Below, in pieces: positions 36,361 to 46,655 of a stretch of DNA of 64,000 bases. This DNA comes from an uncultured Candidatus Saccharibacteria bacterium. Lineage in GTDB: Bacteria; Patescibacteriota; WWE3; 2-01-FULL-39-13. A program made the translations under genes and the position numbers. The stretch spans positions 339,535 to 403,534 of the forward strand of contig OZ246395.1 in assembly GCA_965230915.1 (NCBI GenBank). The letters run 5' to 3'. Numbering within the stretch: position 1 is the first letter of the stretch; every line of letters starts with the position of its first letter. The notes below the pieces were generated by a model that was not told the DNA's origin, made no database searches, and saw only the letters and a program-made list of their open reading frames with translations.

Positions 36361-37263
36361 ATGTCCGAGAAATTTAAAGTCCTCCTATATTACAAATACG
36401 TTCACCTAGATAACCCAGAAAAAATCGTTAAAGCTCAAAAAGCTTTGTGCCAGCAGTTAGATATACATGGCCGAATTTTAATTTCAGAAGAAGGTATTAA
36501 TGGAACATTGGCCGGGCTTCCGGATAAGGTCGATGAATATATTGCAGAAACCACGAAAATTCCTGAATTTGCTGATATTGAATGGAAAATTTCATGGGCC
36601 GATGAACAGGTATTCCCTCGCTTACGCGTTGTAGTTCGTAATGAAATCGTTACCTTAGGAATAAAGAAAGACGGCAAAGATGTTTCTGTTGAAAATAAAG
36701 CTGACTATATTGAGCCAGCCGAATTAGCTGAAAAATACGCGAATAATGATGACTTCATAATTGTCGATGCCAGAAATAATTATGAAGCCGACATCGGTAA
36801 GTTCAAAAACGCTATTGTTCCACCTATTCGCAATTTTAGGGATTTTCCCGAATTTGTTCAGAAAAACCTAAATTATGCCAAAGACAAAGAAATTATCACC
36901 TATTGTACCGGCGGAATTCGATGCGAAAAGGCTTCAGCCTACCTTCGTGAAAGCGGATTTACAAAAGTTCGCCAATTACATGGTGGGATTCATGAGTACG
37001 GCGTAAAGGCAGGCGGACGTGATTTCGAAGGCGAAATGTTTGTTTTTGATAAACGATTAAACGTTCCTGTTAATTCAGTTAACCCTACAGTGATTTCTAA
37101 ATGTATTTATTGTGAAACACCAGTTTCCAGATACGTTGACTGTCAGGGACAAGGTTGCGATTCTCTTTTTATTTGCTGCGAAAACTGCGAACTTAAGCAT
37201 AAAAGTGCGTGTTGTGAGAAATGCGAAGTGACCTCAAAGGTCAGCATAGATACTACCCTATAG
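36361..37263 (+). CDS. trhO: Rhodanese-domain tRNA uridine(34) hydroxylase (UPF0176/YceA family)
   Basis: N-terminal KVLLYYKYVHLDNPEKIV...LDIHGRILISEEGINGTLAG is the conserved TrhO N-domain; rhodanese active-site Cys context (ITYCTGGIRCEKAS); C-terminal Cys-rich tail. Confidence 0.85.
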   Translation: MSEKFKVLLYYKYVHLDNPEKIVKAQKALCQQLDIHGRILISEEGINGTLAGLPDKVDEYIAETTKIPEFADIEWKISWADEQVFPRLRVVVRNEIVTLGIKKDGKDVSVENKADYIEPAELAEKYANNDDFIIVDARNNYEADIGKFKNAIVPPIRNFRDFPEFVQKNLNYAKDKEIITYCTGGIRCEKASAYLRESGFTKVRQLHGGIHEYGVKAGGRDFEGEMFVFDKRLNVPVNSVNPTVISKCIYCETPVSRYVDCQGQGCDSLFICCENCELKHKSACCEKCEVTSKVSIDTTL

Positions 37264-37358
37264 CATTGACTATCCTGAATTAAATGTTAAGATTGTGCCA
37301 CTTTGCGAATGCAAAGGCACAGTGATTTTCGAAGAGTGTTTTTTCAAAGGTGGAGGAA

Positions 37359-38213
37359 ATGGCCAAGATTAGTCCATTCGCCTTAGTTTCAAGCTGTAAA
37401 AGGACCAAAGAATCAGATGACTTTGTAACAAAGCCAGATTTTGATGCGCGACCACATGAAGAAGAGATCACAGATACCACACAGGAGGAATATTTAAATC
37501 GTATGAATACCACGCCGAGTCAGAATGCAGAGAAGGCCAAACGCCCTAAGCTTGTTGTCTCATTCGAAAAGGGCAATGCCGAAAAGATGGTGTTACGCCA
37601 AGAATACGTGCGAGTCCTCAGGGAATATGCTGAACTTTTCGAGGATTGTTTTTTGGCTCAAGGTCACGTATGGGCTTGCCCGTTACCGTCGAATTTCCCC
37701 ACAGAAGCCGATGTTTTATTGGGCAATATCCAGCACACTCCATTACGGACCGTGTTCAAGAACCTGTGGCATGCGTATGATTTTCTATACACTGTCTTTG
37801 TTGCGAACGAGACCCCAAAGGATGTGCAATTTCTCGAGGTGCGATCTACAACTAGACAGGAACAACCTAATCAGGAGCAAAAAGTGGACGAACCTAATCA
37901 ACCACAAAGTCTGCATGATTTGCTGGCCTTGTTTGTGGAAGCCGCCGCGAGCCAGATGTTGAGCGCCAATGAAACGAATATGCTTGTCCTGCGGCATGTT
38001 CTTGCCGTCGCTGAAACGGGTAATGTCGAGATTTCTGTAAAGCGGCCGAAGCTCGCAAACGGTGTCGAAATCAGCATATTGAAGGATGACAAAGGCCAGA
38101 TATATGCAATTAGTATCATAGATGGCGCCGAAGAAATCGAAATTTCGTACCGCCGTGGGCCGAAAAAGACCGCCTCACAAGAAAACACACCAGAAAATCA
38201 AGTAGACGCCTAG
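37359..38213 (+). CDS. Hypothetical protein (GC-enriched, ~47% GC)
   Basis: TTGACT-N16-TAAGAT promoter at ~37266-37293 and a strong AAAGGTGGAGG SD before the ATG at 37359 (the track starts at a GTG at 37350); ~285 aa, Glu/Gln-rich, no motif. Confidence 0.45.
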   Translation: MAKISPFALVSSCKRTKESDDFVTKPDFDARPHEEEITDTTQEEYLNRMNTTPSQNAEKAKRPKLVVSFEKGNAEKMVLRQEYVRVLREYAELFEDCFLAQGHVWACPLPSNFPTEADVLLGNIQHTPLRTVFKNLWHAYDFLYTVFVANETPKDVQFLEVRSTTRQEQPNQEQKVDEPNQPQSLHDLLALFVEAAASQMLSANETNMLVLRHVLAVAETGNVEISVKRPKLANGVEISILKDDKGQIYAISIIDGAEEIEISYRRGPKKTASQENTPENQVDA

Positions 38214-38312
38214 CGTCAAACCGTAACGCGGGATCAAAATATAATTTTTGCAAAAGCAAAATGTTTATGCCATTCGCATAAAACTATAGCTTAGCTAAAT
38301 TATATTCCCGCG

Positions 38313-39023
38313 TTACACCGACTTTTCTCTTACCCAATTTGCAGCATCTAATAACGAATCAAAAGTTCCAGTATCAAACCATTTTCCGTTTAACTTAACA
38401 ACATCAAGTTCTCCAAGTTCCAAATATTTTTTATGCAGGTCGACAATTTCGAGTTCTCCCCTGTCAGAAGGTTTTAACTCTTTTGCAAATTTAACGACAC
38501 GCGAGTCATAAATATAAATTCCAGGTATAGCATATTTGCTTTTTGGATTTTTCGGTTTCTCTTCAATGCTCAAAACTTTTCCATTTTTATCAAATTCAAC
38601 AACCCCAAATCTTTCTGGGTCGCTTACTTCAAGTGCAGCTACCCTTCCGCCTGATTTAAAACTCTGGATCATTTCGGTTAAGTCGTCTTCAAAAATATTG
38701 TCGCCGAGAATTAATGTAACATCATCATCGCCAATAAAAGAATTACCAATAATAAATGCATCAGAAAGTCCGCGCGCTTCTTCTTGAATTTCATATGTGA
38801 ATTTTGCGCCAAATTCTTTTCCGGATCCTAATAGTTGTAAAAAATGTCCCGCGTAGTCAGGAGCAACAATAATTAAAATTTCCTTTATTCCAGCATTTAA
38901 TAGTGTATTAAGTGGATAAAAGATCATCGGTTTATCGTATACGGGAAGAAGTTGTTTGCTTGTGATTTTAGTTAATGGACGAAGCCGTGTGCCTTTTCCG
39001 CCTGCGAGAATGATTCCTTTCAT
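38313..39023 (-). CDS. Sugar-nucleotidyltransferase (glucose-1-phosphate thymidylyl/uridylyltransferase-like, RmlA family)
   Basis: [38 protein letters not shown] is the canonical NTP_transferase N-terminus. The track ORF extends to 39098; the ATG at 39023 is the likely start. Confidence 0.8.
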   Translation of the reverse strand: MKGIILAGGKGTRLRPLTKITSKQLLPVYDKPMIFYPLNTLLNAGIKEILIIVAPDYAGHFLQLLGSGKEFGAKFTYEIQEEARGLSDAFIIGNSFIGDDDVTLILGDNIFEDDLTEMIQSFKSGGRVAALEVSDPERFGVVEFDKNGKVLSIEEKPKNPKSKYAIPGIYIYDSRVVKFAKELKPSDRGELEIVDLHKKYLELGELDVVKLNGKWFDTGTFDSLLDAANWVREKSV

Positions 39024-39299
39024 AATAAAAAGATAGGAAGTGCGGGTAGTAAGCAGGGATTTGATCTGGGGGAGATCATTACCCGGCTCACTACCCAAAA
39101 AACCTCTAAGAAAATTAGAAGATTTAAAACAAAAACACCACTATCCGTTTTGCCCAACCGAGGGCACCACAACGTCAGACTCAACTCTGCAACACGGGCA
39201 CACAATTCTTCTGGCCTTAAGCCAGACGCAGAAGTTGATCTATTTCTAATCTTCTTAGACGTAATTTCAATATATGATGTGTGGCGTTAAAATGCAATG

Positions 39300-42200
39300 C
39301 TATTTTAGGAATCCGAACATTTCTTCCAAGTTCTTCACAATCAAATCAACAACACTTTCGCGTGGTTGTGGTGTTAAAAGTGTGTAATTTTGTGATTCTC
39401 CAGTATTGCCGCCGGTATCGGTTGATTGAATTTTGTAACTGTAAACTTTTCCTGATGAAAATACGGATGAAATAACAATATGTTCGCGGCGCAACGCCGT
39501 ATCTTCTGGAACAGATAATCTTAATTCACCATTTGAGCGAACTCCTTCATCATAAATAATTTTTGATGTAGCTGGTTTATTTGTTTTCCATGAAATAATC
39601 GTTTGAACTTGCTCTACTTTTCCAGGAACCAACGATGTGGTTACGCGAACATCAGAAATTATCGGTGGAGAACTATTTAGTACAGTCGCAAAAGTTACAA
39701 TTGATGATTCCGTTTCATTCCCATTTTCATCAATAGATACAACTTGTGCACTGTAATTTGTAGAAGGAGTTAATTCTTCCGTTGTATAAGAGTGGCCAGT
39801 TATAAAACTGTCATTGGTATCAGTTTGGGCCTGGCCAGTTGTCGTGTCCGTAATAATAATTCGGCTTCTTGTTGGAATGGTCGTGTTCCATGCCAAAGTT
39901 GCTCCACTCTCATTTACGCTTCGAATTTCTATCGAGTCAATATCTGCCGTTTGCGAAGTTGTTGTGAAAATATTATCTGCCGAAGCTGACATTGGGCCAA
40001 AACTTCCCTTTGATCTGCTTTGAATATGGTATGTTGTTTCAGGTTGTAAACCTTCAACTACAACTGTATGTTCAGTCACTGATGCGCTGGAATCTCCAAC
40101 TTCAATTACATATGGATTTGCGGAATCCGAATTGTATTCGGATTCTTTTACATAAGCGACCATCGAATTTGAGGGACGATTTGTAACCCATGATACCGTT
40201 GCAGTTGTTGCTCCGGGTTCAATTGTTAAGTTTGACCCTCCAATTGTCGGACCTGAAAATGTGCTTGATGTAATTTCTAAAAGATAATCGCTTAATGTGT
40301 CATCCGATATATCTTCTAAATTCGGATTGTTTGCTAAAGCTTCAAGTATAGCCTCTAAAAGTGACTGGTCAGCATCTTCGATTATTGATGATATTCCATC
40401 TTCAATTTGTTCTTCTAATGTAGGTTCACCTTCACTGGAATCAACGGTTGTTACATCATTCGTTGTGAAATCCGATACAGCATTTTCTGATTCGTTATTC
40501 GAGCGATCTTTTGATTTAACTTTGTAATAATATTTTGTATTTGCAGTTAATCCCGTCAGACTTATTGAATGATATGTTGTGTAAATATCCGCAATTTCTG
40601 TGGTTTGTCCAAGTGAACTCGAAGTGCCCCACTCTACTGTGCTATTTGCATCTTCGTCAGTTGACCATGTAATAGTTGCACCCTTTTCTCCAGTTAGTGC
40701 AACAACTACATTCGAAATGACCGGGTCTTCATTGTCGATTGTCGTCGATAAGAAATAATATTGAACCGATCCGTTTACGATATTTTTGTCTTCGGTTGTG
40801 TTATCGCTTCCATCTTTGGATCTTACGTAAAAATAATAATCTGTACCAACCTCCAGTCCCGTAATTGTTACCGAATGATTTTGTGTTAAGTCATCTGATC
40901 CGGCAGTTGTTGTCGGACTAGATAGATCGGCATTTTCTGAATAAACGACATAGGATGTTGAATCAATATTTGTTTTCCATGTAATAGTTGCTTGAGTATC
41001 AAAAATTTCCGTTACCGAAACATTAGTAATTTGTGGGCCGGCAGCAGTTGTAAATTGATATGTATTATTTGATGAACTTGCAATATTGTCTGATGCATCT
41101 GTTGACTCGGTTAAAAATGAATAAGTTGTACTCGAATTTAATCCGCTCAAAATTACACTGTGACTTGTTGCCATTGAAGGGTTCCCTTGTGATGAATCGT
41201 AGTCTGAACGGTTGCTTCCTGGATAACTGTTTGTCGCTTCAAAGTATACATTTGAATTTGAAAACTTATTTGTTGTCCAGGTAATTGTGGCTGTTGTTGC
41301 AGTGACGTTGCCTATCGAAACGCCGCTAATTGTAGGAGAAGATAAATCTGTGCCACCATCGCCGTTTGGTATATCTGTAATTACTGAAGAGTATGCTGAT
41401 ATATTATCGTTAGCGTCGATCGATCTTATTTTATACCTATATTCGATTGTCTCATCTAAATTAGTATCAACATAATAATTAGTTAGCCTATTAGTTATAG
41501 TTGTTAAAAGAGAATAAGATCCTCCATTTTCACTTCTATATATTTCATATGATTCGAAGGCGATAGAAGTTGAATCAATTACTCCCCATGCTAAAAATTC
41601 TCTCCAATCTTCTAGAGCTGGGTTCGATACATCTTGATAAAAAACATTTGACGGAATTCCAGGAATTATTGCAGTCTGTATGGTTGTTGTATTACTAAGT
41701 GGATCAATACACTGGGCGTAAACTGTCATCCCTGGTGAATAAGTTACACCGGCCGCGGCAAAAGTATATGAGCTTGAATAAGATCTCCAACTAGCACCAG
41801 ATAAATCTGATGCGGTTCCAATTTTTACTTCTACACCTGATTCATCACTACATGGAACATAAATGAGCGGAGTCGCAAGTGAAGCATCTATTCTAAAATT
41901 ACCTGAAAAGTCCGGGTCGTTTACATCGATTGGTACCAGTTCAGTCTCATCGCTTCCGGTCATAGATGAAGATGCTCCATCGTTTGAAAAAACCTTTAAT
42001 AAAATTCCAGCAAGATGATAAAAGCCATCAATATCATCTTTAGCATTCCATACAAGCGATTTGCCAGTTCCATTTGCAATCGATGATCCGACATTGCCCG
42101 TTACCGATTCTGCTACTCGCCATACATCTGTACCTGATAGATGGGAAGTATTTATCGTATTGTTTACCCCGCGTGTTATGCCTGACAACGTGCTACCGAC

Positions 42201-45200
42201 TTTGCTTGTGTATGTAATCATTTCATCGTCAATTACTATAGTTCCTGAATTATCAAATACAGTTGGGTCAGTGACTACAATACCACCTGTACCTGTATTC
42301 AAGTCAGAACTTAAGGTTGCTCCAAGCTGATATAACAGATAAATAGTTGTGCTAGAAGATTCGTTATCGCTTACATCGTATGTAACATTTAGTTCACCTG
42401 TAGAAGCTTGTTCTCCTGTAGCACTTGAAACAGTCGGTGGAGAGTTGCTGAAAACAAATTGTTTAGTGTAGTTAGAAGTTACTCTCGGGTTTGTTGAGTA
42501 AGCTGTAATTGTATACGTATGATCAATTGTCCATATCGCGCTAGAGACATCATATTGCCATGTTACAGCTCCCGCATAAGGCAGTGTTTGGTTCAAATCT
42601 GTTAGATCAAATTTCTGTTCCGTATCTTGATCAAACTGGCCGTTTGATGAGTTGTACCATTTGTTTGTGTTCGTATCTTTAATAGAAATTTGCAGTGCGT
42701 CGATTTCTGTATCAGATTCCGTGGTTGTTCCAGCAAGTGATGTAACAATAAATGCTTCTTCTGGGTCAGCACTGCTGCCGCTGGTTGTGCATGAATTACC
42801 GGATGTATCGCATATATTTGTAAACGCTGTTACAGGGCCTATTAGGTCTACATAAGTTGTTCCGTCTGCACCCGCATTACCGCTGGAAGTACCGCCACTT
42901 ACAGTAATCGATCCGGAATATCCCGAGCTTTCTGCAGCAAAAACTTCTATGCGTCCGCCACCGCCTCCACCGCCATGTCCCGATAATGTGCTTGAGCTTC
43001 CGGTTCCTCCATTTGCAGTAATATTTCCGGTGCCAGTTAAGGAATAAGTTGTAATATAAATGCTACCGCCTGAACCGCCACCGCCGCCTCTTGATGTTGA
43101 TTGGGTTCCAGCGTTTGACCCGTTTGCAGTAATACTTGTTCCTAAAGATAACGTTCCGGTAACAGTTAATCTTATAGCACCACCTCCGGCACCTCCTGTT
43201 GTTGTTGAATTGTTTCCTCCTCCGCTACCCAATAAAATCGGTGTCTCAGATGAGCCATAAGTTGTACCTGCGTTTGACGATCCGATACCACTACCTCCTG
43301 CTCCTCCATATCCGCCCCCACCGGCTCCAGCCGACCCTGCAGTGCCCGCGCCGCCAGCACCGGTTCCGTTTTGTGCGGCAAATCCTTTCCCATTTGCACT
43401 TAAGCTGCCTGCGCCAGTAATTGTGAAATTTCCATTAGCTGTAATATTTGCTTTGTATAAATCGGTTGAAGCATTCGCCGTATGAGTCATTGTTCCCGAC
43501 AGAGTTACATTGCCGAATGTTGTAGTAGTAGTGCTATTTATGTTGTAAGTACCTGATATTGTTGTATCGCCAAATGTTGAATTGGCATTTTGATTATAAG
43601 TACCAGACACCGTTGTTGCACCGAAAGTCGCTGCAGCGTTTGCATTGTAAGTTCCAGCTATTGTTGTTGTTCCATAGGTTGCACCTACACTATCAAAAAT
43701 AGTTCCGCCTGACCCTAAATTTAAGTCGAAAGATCCGGAAAATAATGATGCGGTTCCACCAGTATATAAAATTATCGCTTCGTTAGATAAATCGGCTGCG
43801 GTATGTGTAACACTGGTTCCTGTGTTTACTAGCCAAGCTCCATAGTTTGAAACTGTAATATTATCTAGGGTTATGACTTCTTCAATTTTTGTTGTTCCGA
43901 CCGGAGCTAAATATGTTGAATGAGATTGATTGTTATTATCAATAATTAGTTCACCATTTGTTTGTGCCGAAGATTTTTTATAGATTGTACCGGCGGCTCC
44001 AAATCTAGTGCTTGGTGTTCCTCCATATGCGGAGATTGTAATTGACCCGCTAAGCGATGAACCATAAAAAAGTGCTATACGACCTCCACTTCCTCCTCCG
44101 CTGCTTGTGGTGTTTCCGCCGTTTCCTCCATTTGCTGTGATTGATGAGGAACCTGCAATACTTGCTGCTGTAATCCATATGCTACCCCCGGCACCCCCGC
44201 CCCCACCTGCGTTTGTTGCAGTAGTTCCATTTGATGCATTTGCTGTAATCGGGCCATTAACCGTTAACGTTCCGGTTACTGTAATTTTTGCTGCTCCGCC
44301 TCCAAGTCCACCAACCGCGCCATTGCCCGAACCACCTCCGCTTGAACCTATGGTTGTCGGTGATTTTATCGATCCATATTGTGCACCGGCAGCAAAAACC
44401 GAGGAATTACCGCCAGTTCCTCCATGGCTAGCACCACTTCCGTAGTTTCCCGAAGAATTTCCGCCATTTCCTGCGCCAGGACCATATCCGTCACCTCCGG
44501 TTCTGTTTGTGTATCCTTTTGTATCTAAATTTACGGAGCCAGTTGAGCTTACGGTCATATCTCCAGTCACAGTTAAATCTAGCTTTATAGTTTCAGAGGA
44601 TCCATTGGGATGATGTACAACACTTCCATCAATTGTTAAATCATGAAAGGTTGTTGGAGTATCTAAAAATAGCGTACTTGTTTGTGGAACAGTAAAATCT
44701 TTTGTTCCATCAAATAACGTGAATGTTCCACCTGTATACATAATTACTGCTTTGCTTGATACATCTAGAGTTGTGTATGATACATCTGTTCCAGATTCAA
44801 CAAGTAATGCTCCATAATTTGTAACTGTTAGTGTGTCGAGTACTATGGCTTCTTCAATCTCTGTATTTCCGATTGGGGATTGGTAAGTTGTGTGTGATTG
44901 ATTATTGTTATCAATTACTATGTCCCCATTAGGTTGACCTGAGGATTTTTTAAAAATGCTTCCTGCTCCGCCATATCTTCCGCTAGTTGCTCCGCCATAA
45001 GCTGTCATTGTCACTGTTCCCGCTAACGAAGAAGTATAAAAAACTGCAATGCGTCCACCACCACCAGCACCGGTGTTTGTGTTATTACCGTTACCCCCGT
45101 TAGCATTCATGTTTCCACTTCCCGTTATAGAGTCAGCAGACACCCAAATACTTCCTCCTGATCCGCCTCCGCCTCCTCCGGAGGTTGCTGATCCACCATT

Positions 45201-46640
45201 TCCGCCGTTTGCAGTTATATTCCCACCAACATTTAATGTCCCCGTAACAACAATTTTTACTGCACCGCCGCCAGATCCACCCGTTCCGCTATTATTTGAA
45301 CCACCACCCCCAGATCCGTAATCAGTTGGTGATTTTATTGATCCATAACTTGGACCTCCAGCATTACTTGTTGCTTTACCGCCGGTCCCCCCATATCCCG
45401 CACCTCCGCCATAACAGCCAGAAGAACCACACCCAACTCCTCGACCAGTACCCGAACCGTTGGCTCCAGTACCGCCAGTTGAACCCTTGCTATTTGCATT
45501 AATATTTCCGCCAGTCTGAACATCTAAACTTGCAGCAGTTAATGAAGATAAATTTCCAGTTATATTTCCTCCACTTTCAATTGTTACGCTTCCATCCATT
45601 GCGATGCTAAATGACTGCGCGTTTGAAGTTGTAAGATTTCCTCCATTTTTGATAACCAGGCTTCCTGTTCCTGAAATCGATGATCCATTAGTCATCGCCT
45701 GTGTAGTTGTAACATTACATGTATCGGCTAAAGTTCCTGAATCGCAAGCAAAGTTGTGGGCGATTGTATCGGTTTCACCAAATTTAAAATTTAACGTATG
45801 GATACCTGGAGTTGCAGCTGTATTTTGAATTCGAGATATTTGTCCATCGCAATTGTAATTTTCTAAAAATACTTTGTTATCTTGATATACATTTGGAATT
45901 TCATTATCACCGCAATAAAAATTGATATAGCTGATATCTGTTCCCCATACTGTTCCTTCAGTCGCTTGAATATCAAGGTTCGAAGTTCCATATGTTCTAA
46001 ATCTAACTTCCCAAGTGTCATTTACGGTAAGATCAGATTGAACATTTAAGACTTCTAGATAAGCTCCCGCATATGCTGAAAAGTGGCTTACATCAAAGGC
46101 AATTTCTTCACCGGATATATTAGGAACAATATCTGAAATTTCCCATTTATTACAAGTGCCCTTTTCTTTGTCAAAATCCCAGGTTTCGCACTTCAAAATT
46201 GCATTTATCGGTTGGTCTTTTTGTTTCTTTAACGTTACGTTTGCGGATTCGAATTTAAAATCGGTGTCGTCGACAAATAAAATATCAGTTTTTATATCTT
46301 TATCGCCTTCGGTTTCAGTAGGTTTATCTACAAAAATATAATTTTCTTTTTCCTCGGGGTTTATATTGGCTTTATTGATTTGAATTGTTGCTTGATTATT
46401 TGTAATTCGATACGAATAAGTATTATCTTCAAATTTATTGATTTGTATTTTTGACTGGATAGTTTTTCCATCTCGACTCTTTACTTCGAAGTTTTTTAAT
46501 TTAACGGGATTAGCTTTGTCTAAAAGAATAATCGTAAAAATGGTACAACAGGTTAGAACAAATAAAGACACCAATAACAATCTATATTGCCTCTTTGCAA
46601 GTAATAATTTAATTGACTCTTTATAGTGTTTAATTTGCAT
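39300..46640 (-). CDS. Giant (2446 aa) membrane-anchored surface protein: N-terminal TM, beta-sandwich domain, three Gly-rich ~330-aa beta-helical units, then ~8-10 fibronectin type-III domains
   Basis: N-terminal LLLVSLFVLTCCTIFTIILL anchor; three units each containing GGA(V/A/I)K(I/L)xVTGTL...ITANG.NG...GGSIW(V/I)...ANGGNG...RIA(V/L)F(Y)...SSL(A/S)G..T(M/I).AYGG; C-terminal half with multiple Fn3 signatures (e.g. ATITWTTN...YSF, YEIYRSENGGSYSLL...YRYKIRS). Confidence 0.85.
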   Translation of the reverse strand: MQIKHYKESIKLLLAKRQYRLLLVSLFVLTCCTIFTIILLDKANPVKLKNFEVKSRDGKTIQSKIQINKFEDNTYSYRITNNQATIQINKANINPEEKENYIFVDKPTETEGDKDIKTDILFVDDTDFKFESANVTLKKQKDQPINAILKCETWDFDKEKGTCNKWEISDIVPNISGEEIAFDVSHFSAYAGAYLEVLNVQSDLTVNDTWEVRFRTYGTSNLDIQATEGTVWGTDISYINFYCGDNEIPNVYQDNKVFLENYNCDGQISRIQNTAATPGIHTLNFKFGETDTIAHNFACDSGTLADTCNVTTTQAMTNGSSISGTGSLVIKNGGNLTTSNAQSFSIAMDGSVTIESGGNITGNLSSLTAASLDVQTGGNINANSKGSTGGTGANGSGTGRGVGCGSSGCYGGGAGYGGTGGKATSNAGGPSYGSIKSPTDYGSGGGGSNNSGTGGSGGGAVKIVVTGTLNVGGNITANGGNGGSATSGGGGGGSGGSIWVSADSITGSGNMNANGGNGNNTNTGAGGGGRIAVFYTSSLAGTVTMTAYGGATSGRYGGAGSIFKKSSGQPNGDIVIDNNNQSHTTYQSPIGNTEIEEAIVLDTLTVTNYGALLVESGTDVSYTTLDVSSKAVIMYTGGTFTLFDGTKDFTVPQTSTLFLDTPTTFHDLTIDGSVVHHPNGSSETIKLDLTVTGDMTVSSTGSVNLDTKGYTNRTGGDGYGPGAGNGGNSSGNYGSGASHGGTGGNSSVFAAGAQYGSIKSPTTIGSSGGGSGNGAVGGLGGGAAKITVTGTLTVNGPITANASNGTTATNAGGGGGAGGSIWITAASIAGSSSITANGGNGGNTTSSGGGSGGRIALFYGSSLSGSITISAYGGTPSTRFGAAGTIYKKSSAQTNGELIIDNNNQSHSTYLAPVGTTKIEEVITLDNITVSNYGAWLVNTGTSVTHTAADLSNEAIILYTGGTASLFSGSFDLNLGSGGTIFDSVGATYGTTTIAGTYNANAAATFGATTVSGTYNQNANSTFGDTTISGTYNINSTTTTTFGNVTLSGTMTHTANASTDLYKANITANGNFTITGAGSLSANGKGFAAQNGTGAGGAGTAGSAGAGGGGYGGAGGSGIGSSNAGTTYGSSETPILLGSGGGNNSTTTGGAGGGAIRLTVTGTLSLGTSITANGSNAGTQSTSRGGGGGSGGSIYITTYSLTGTGNITANGGTGSSSTLSGHGGGGGGGRIEVFAAESSGYSGSITVSGGTSSGNAGADGTTYVDLIGPVTAFTNICDTSGNSCTTSGSSADPEEAFIVTSLAGTTTESDTEIDALQISIKDTNTNKWYNSSNGQFDQDTEQKFDLTDLNQTLPYAGAVTWQYDVSSAIWTIDHTYTITAYSTNPRVTSNYTKQFVFSNSPPTVSSATGEQASTGELNVTYDVSDNESSSTTIYLLYQLGATLSSDLNTGTGGIVVTDPTVFDNSGTIVIDDEMITYTSKVGSTLSGITRGVNNTINTSHLSGTDVWRVAESVTGNVGSSIANGTGKSLVWNAKDDIDGFYHLAGILLKVFSNDGASSSMTGSDETELVPIDVNDPDFSGNFRIDASLATPLIYVPCSDESGVEVKIGTASDLSGASWRSYSSSYTFAAAGVTYSPGMTVYAQCIDPLSNTTTIQTAIIPGIPSNVFYQDVSNPALEDWREFLAWGVIDSTSIAFESYEIYRSENGGSYSLLTTITNRLTNYYVDTNLDETIEYRYKIRSIDANDNISAYSSVITDIPNGDGGTDLSSPTISGVSIGNVTATTATITWTTNKFSNSNVYFEATNSYPGSNRSDYDSSQGNPSMATSHSVILSGLNSSTTYSFLTESTDASDNIASSSNNTYQFTTAAGPQITNVSVTEIFDTQATITWKTNIDSTSYVVYSENADLSSPTTTAGSDDLTQNHSVTITGLEVGTDYYFYVRSKDGSDNTTEDKNIVNGSVQYYFLSTTIDNEDPVISNVVVALTGEKGATITWSTDEDANSTVEWGTSSSLGQTTEIADIYTTYHSISLTGLTANTKYYYKVKSKDRSNNESENAVSDFTTNDVTTVDSSEGEPTLEEQIEDGISSIIEDADQSLLEAILEALANNPNLEDISDDTLSDYLLEITSSTFSGPTIGGSNLTIEPGATTATVSWVTNRPSNSMVAYVKESEYNSDSANPYVIEVGDSSASVTEHTVVVEGLQPETTYHIQSRSKGSFGPMSASADNIFTTTSQTADIDSIEIRSVNESGATLAWNTTIPTRSRIIITDTTTGQAQTDTNDSFITGHSYTTEELTPSTNYSAQVVSIDENGNETESSIVTFATVLNSSPPIISDVRVTTSLVPGKVEQVQTIISWKTNKPATSKIIYDEGVRSNGELRLSVPEDTALRREHIVISSVFSSGKVYSYKIQSTDTGGNTGESQNYTLLTPQPRESVVDLIVKNLEEMFGFLK
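42440..45715 (-). repeat. Three tandem in-frame Gly-rich coding units (~1 kb each) within the giant-protein gene
   Basis: Protein-level triplication (units starting near residues ~400, ~720, ~1060) with conserved GGAxKxxVTGTL / GGSIW / RIALFY / AYGG landmarks; boundaries approximate. Confidence 0.6.
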
Positions 46641-46655
46641 TAGTTATCCCATTTT

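Noticed and set aside
37525-38188. Alternate-frame and antisense ORFs (37525..37962 +, 37785..37997 -, 37898..38188 -) overlapping ORF 37359..38213
   Set aside because: GC-enriched DNA yields long shadow frames. Only the 37359 frame has a promoter, an SD and a sensible composition.
42061-45502. Proline- or leucine-rich ORFs on the + strand inside the second giant gene (e.g. 43060..43260, 44107..44445, 45049..45321)
   Set aside because: These are antisense of Gly-rich (GGN) codons, which read as Pro (CCN) on the opposite strand. They are classic shadow ORFs.
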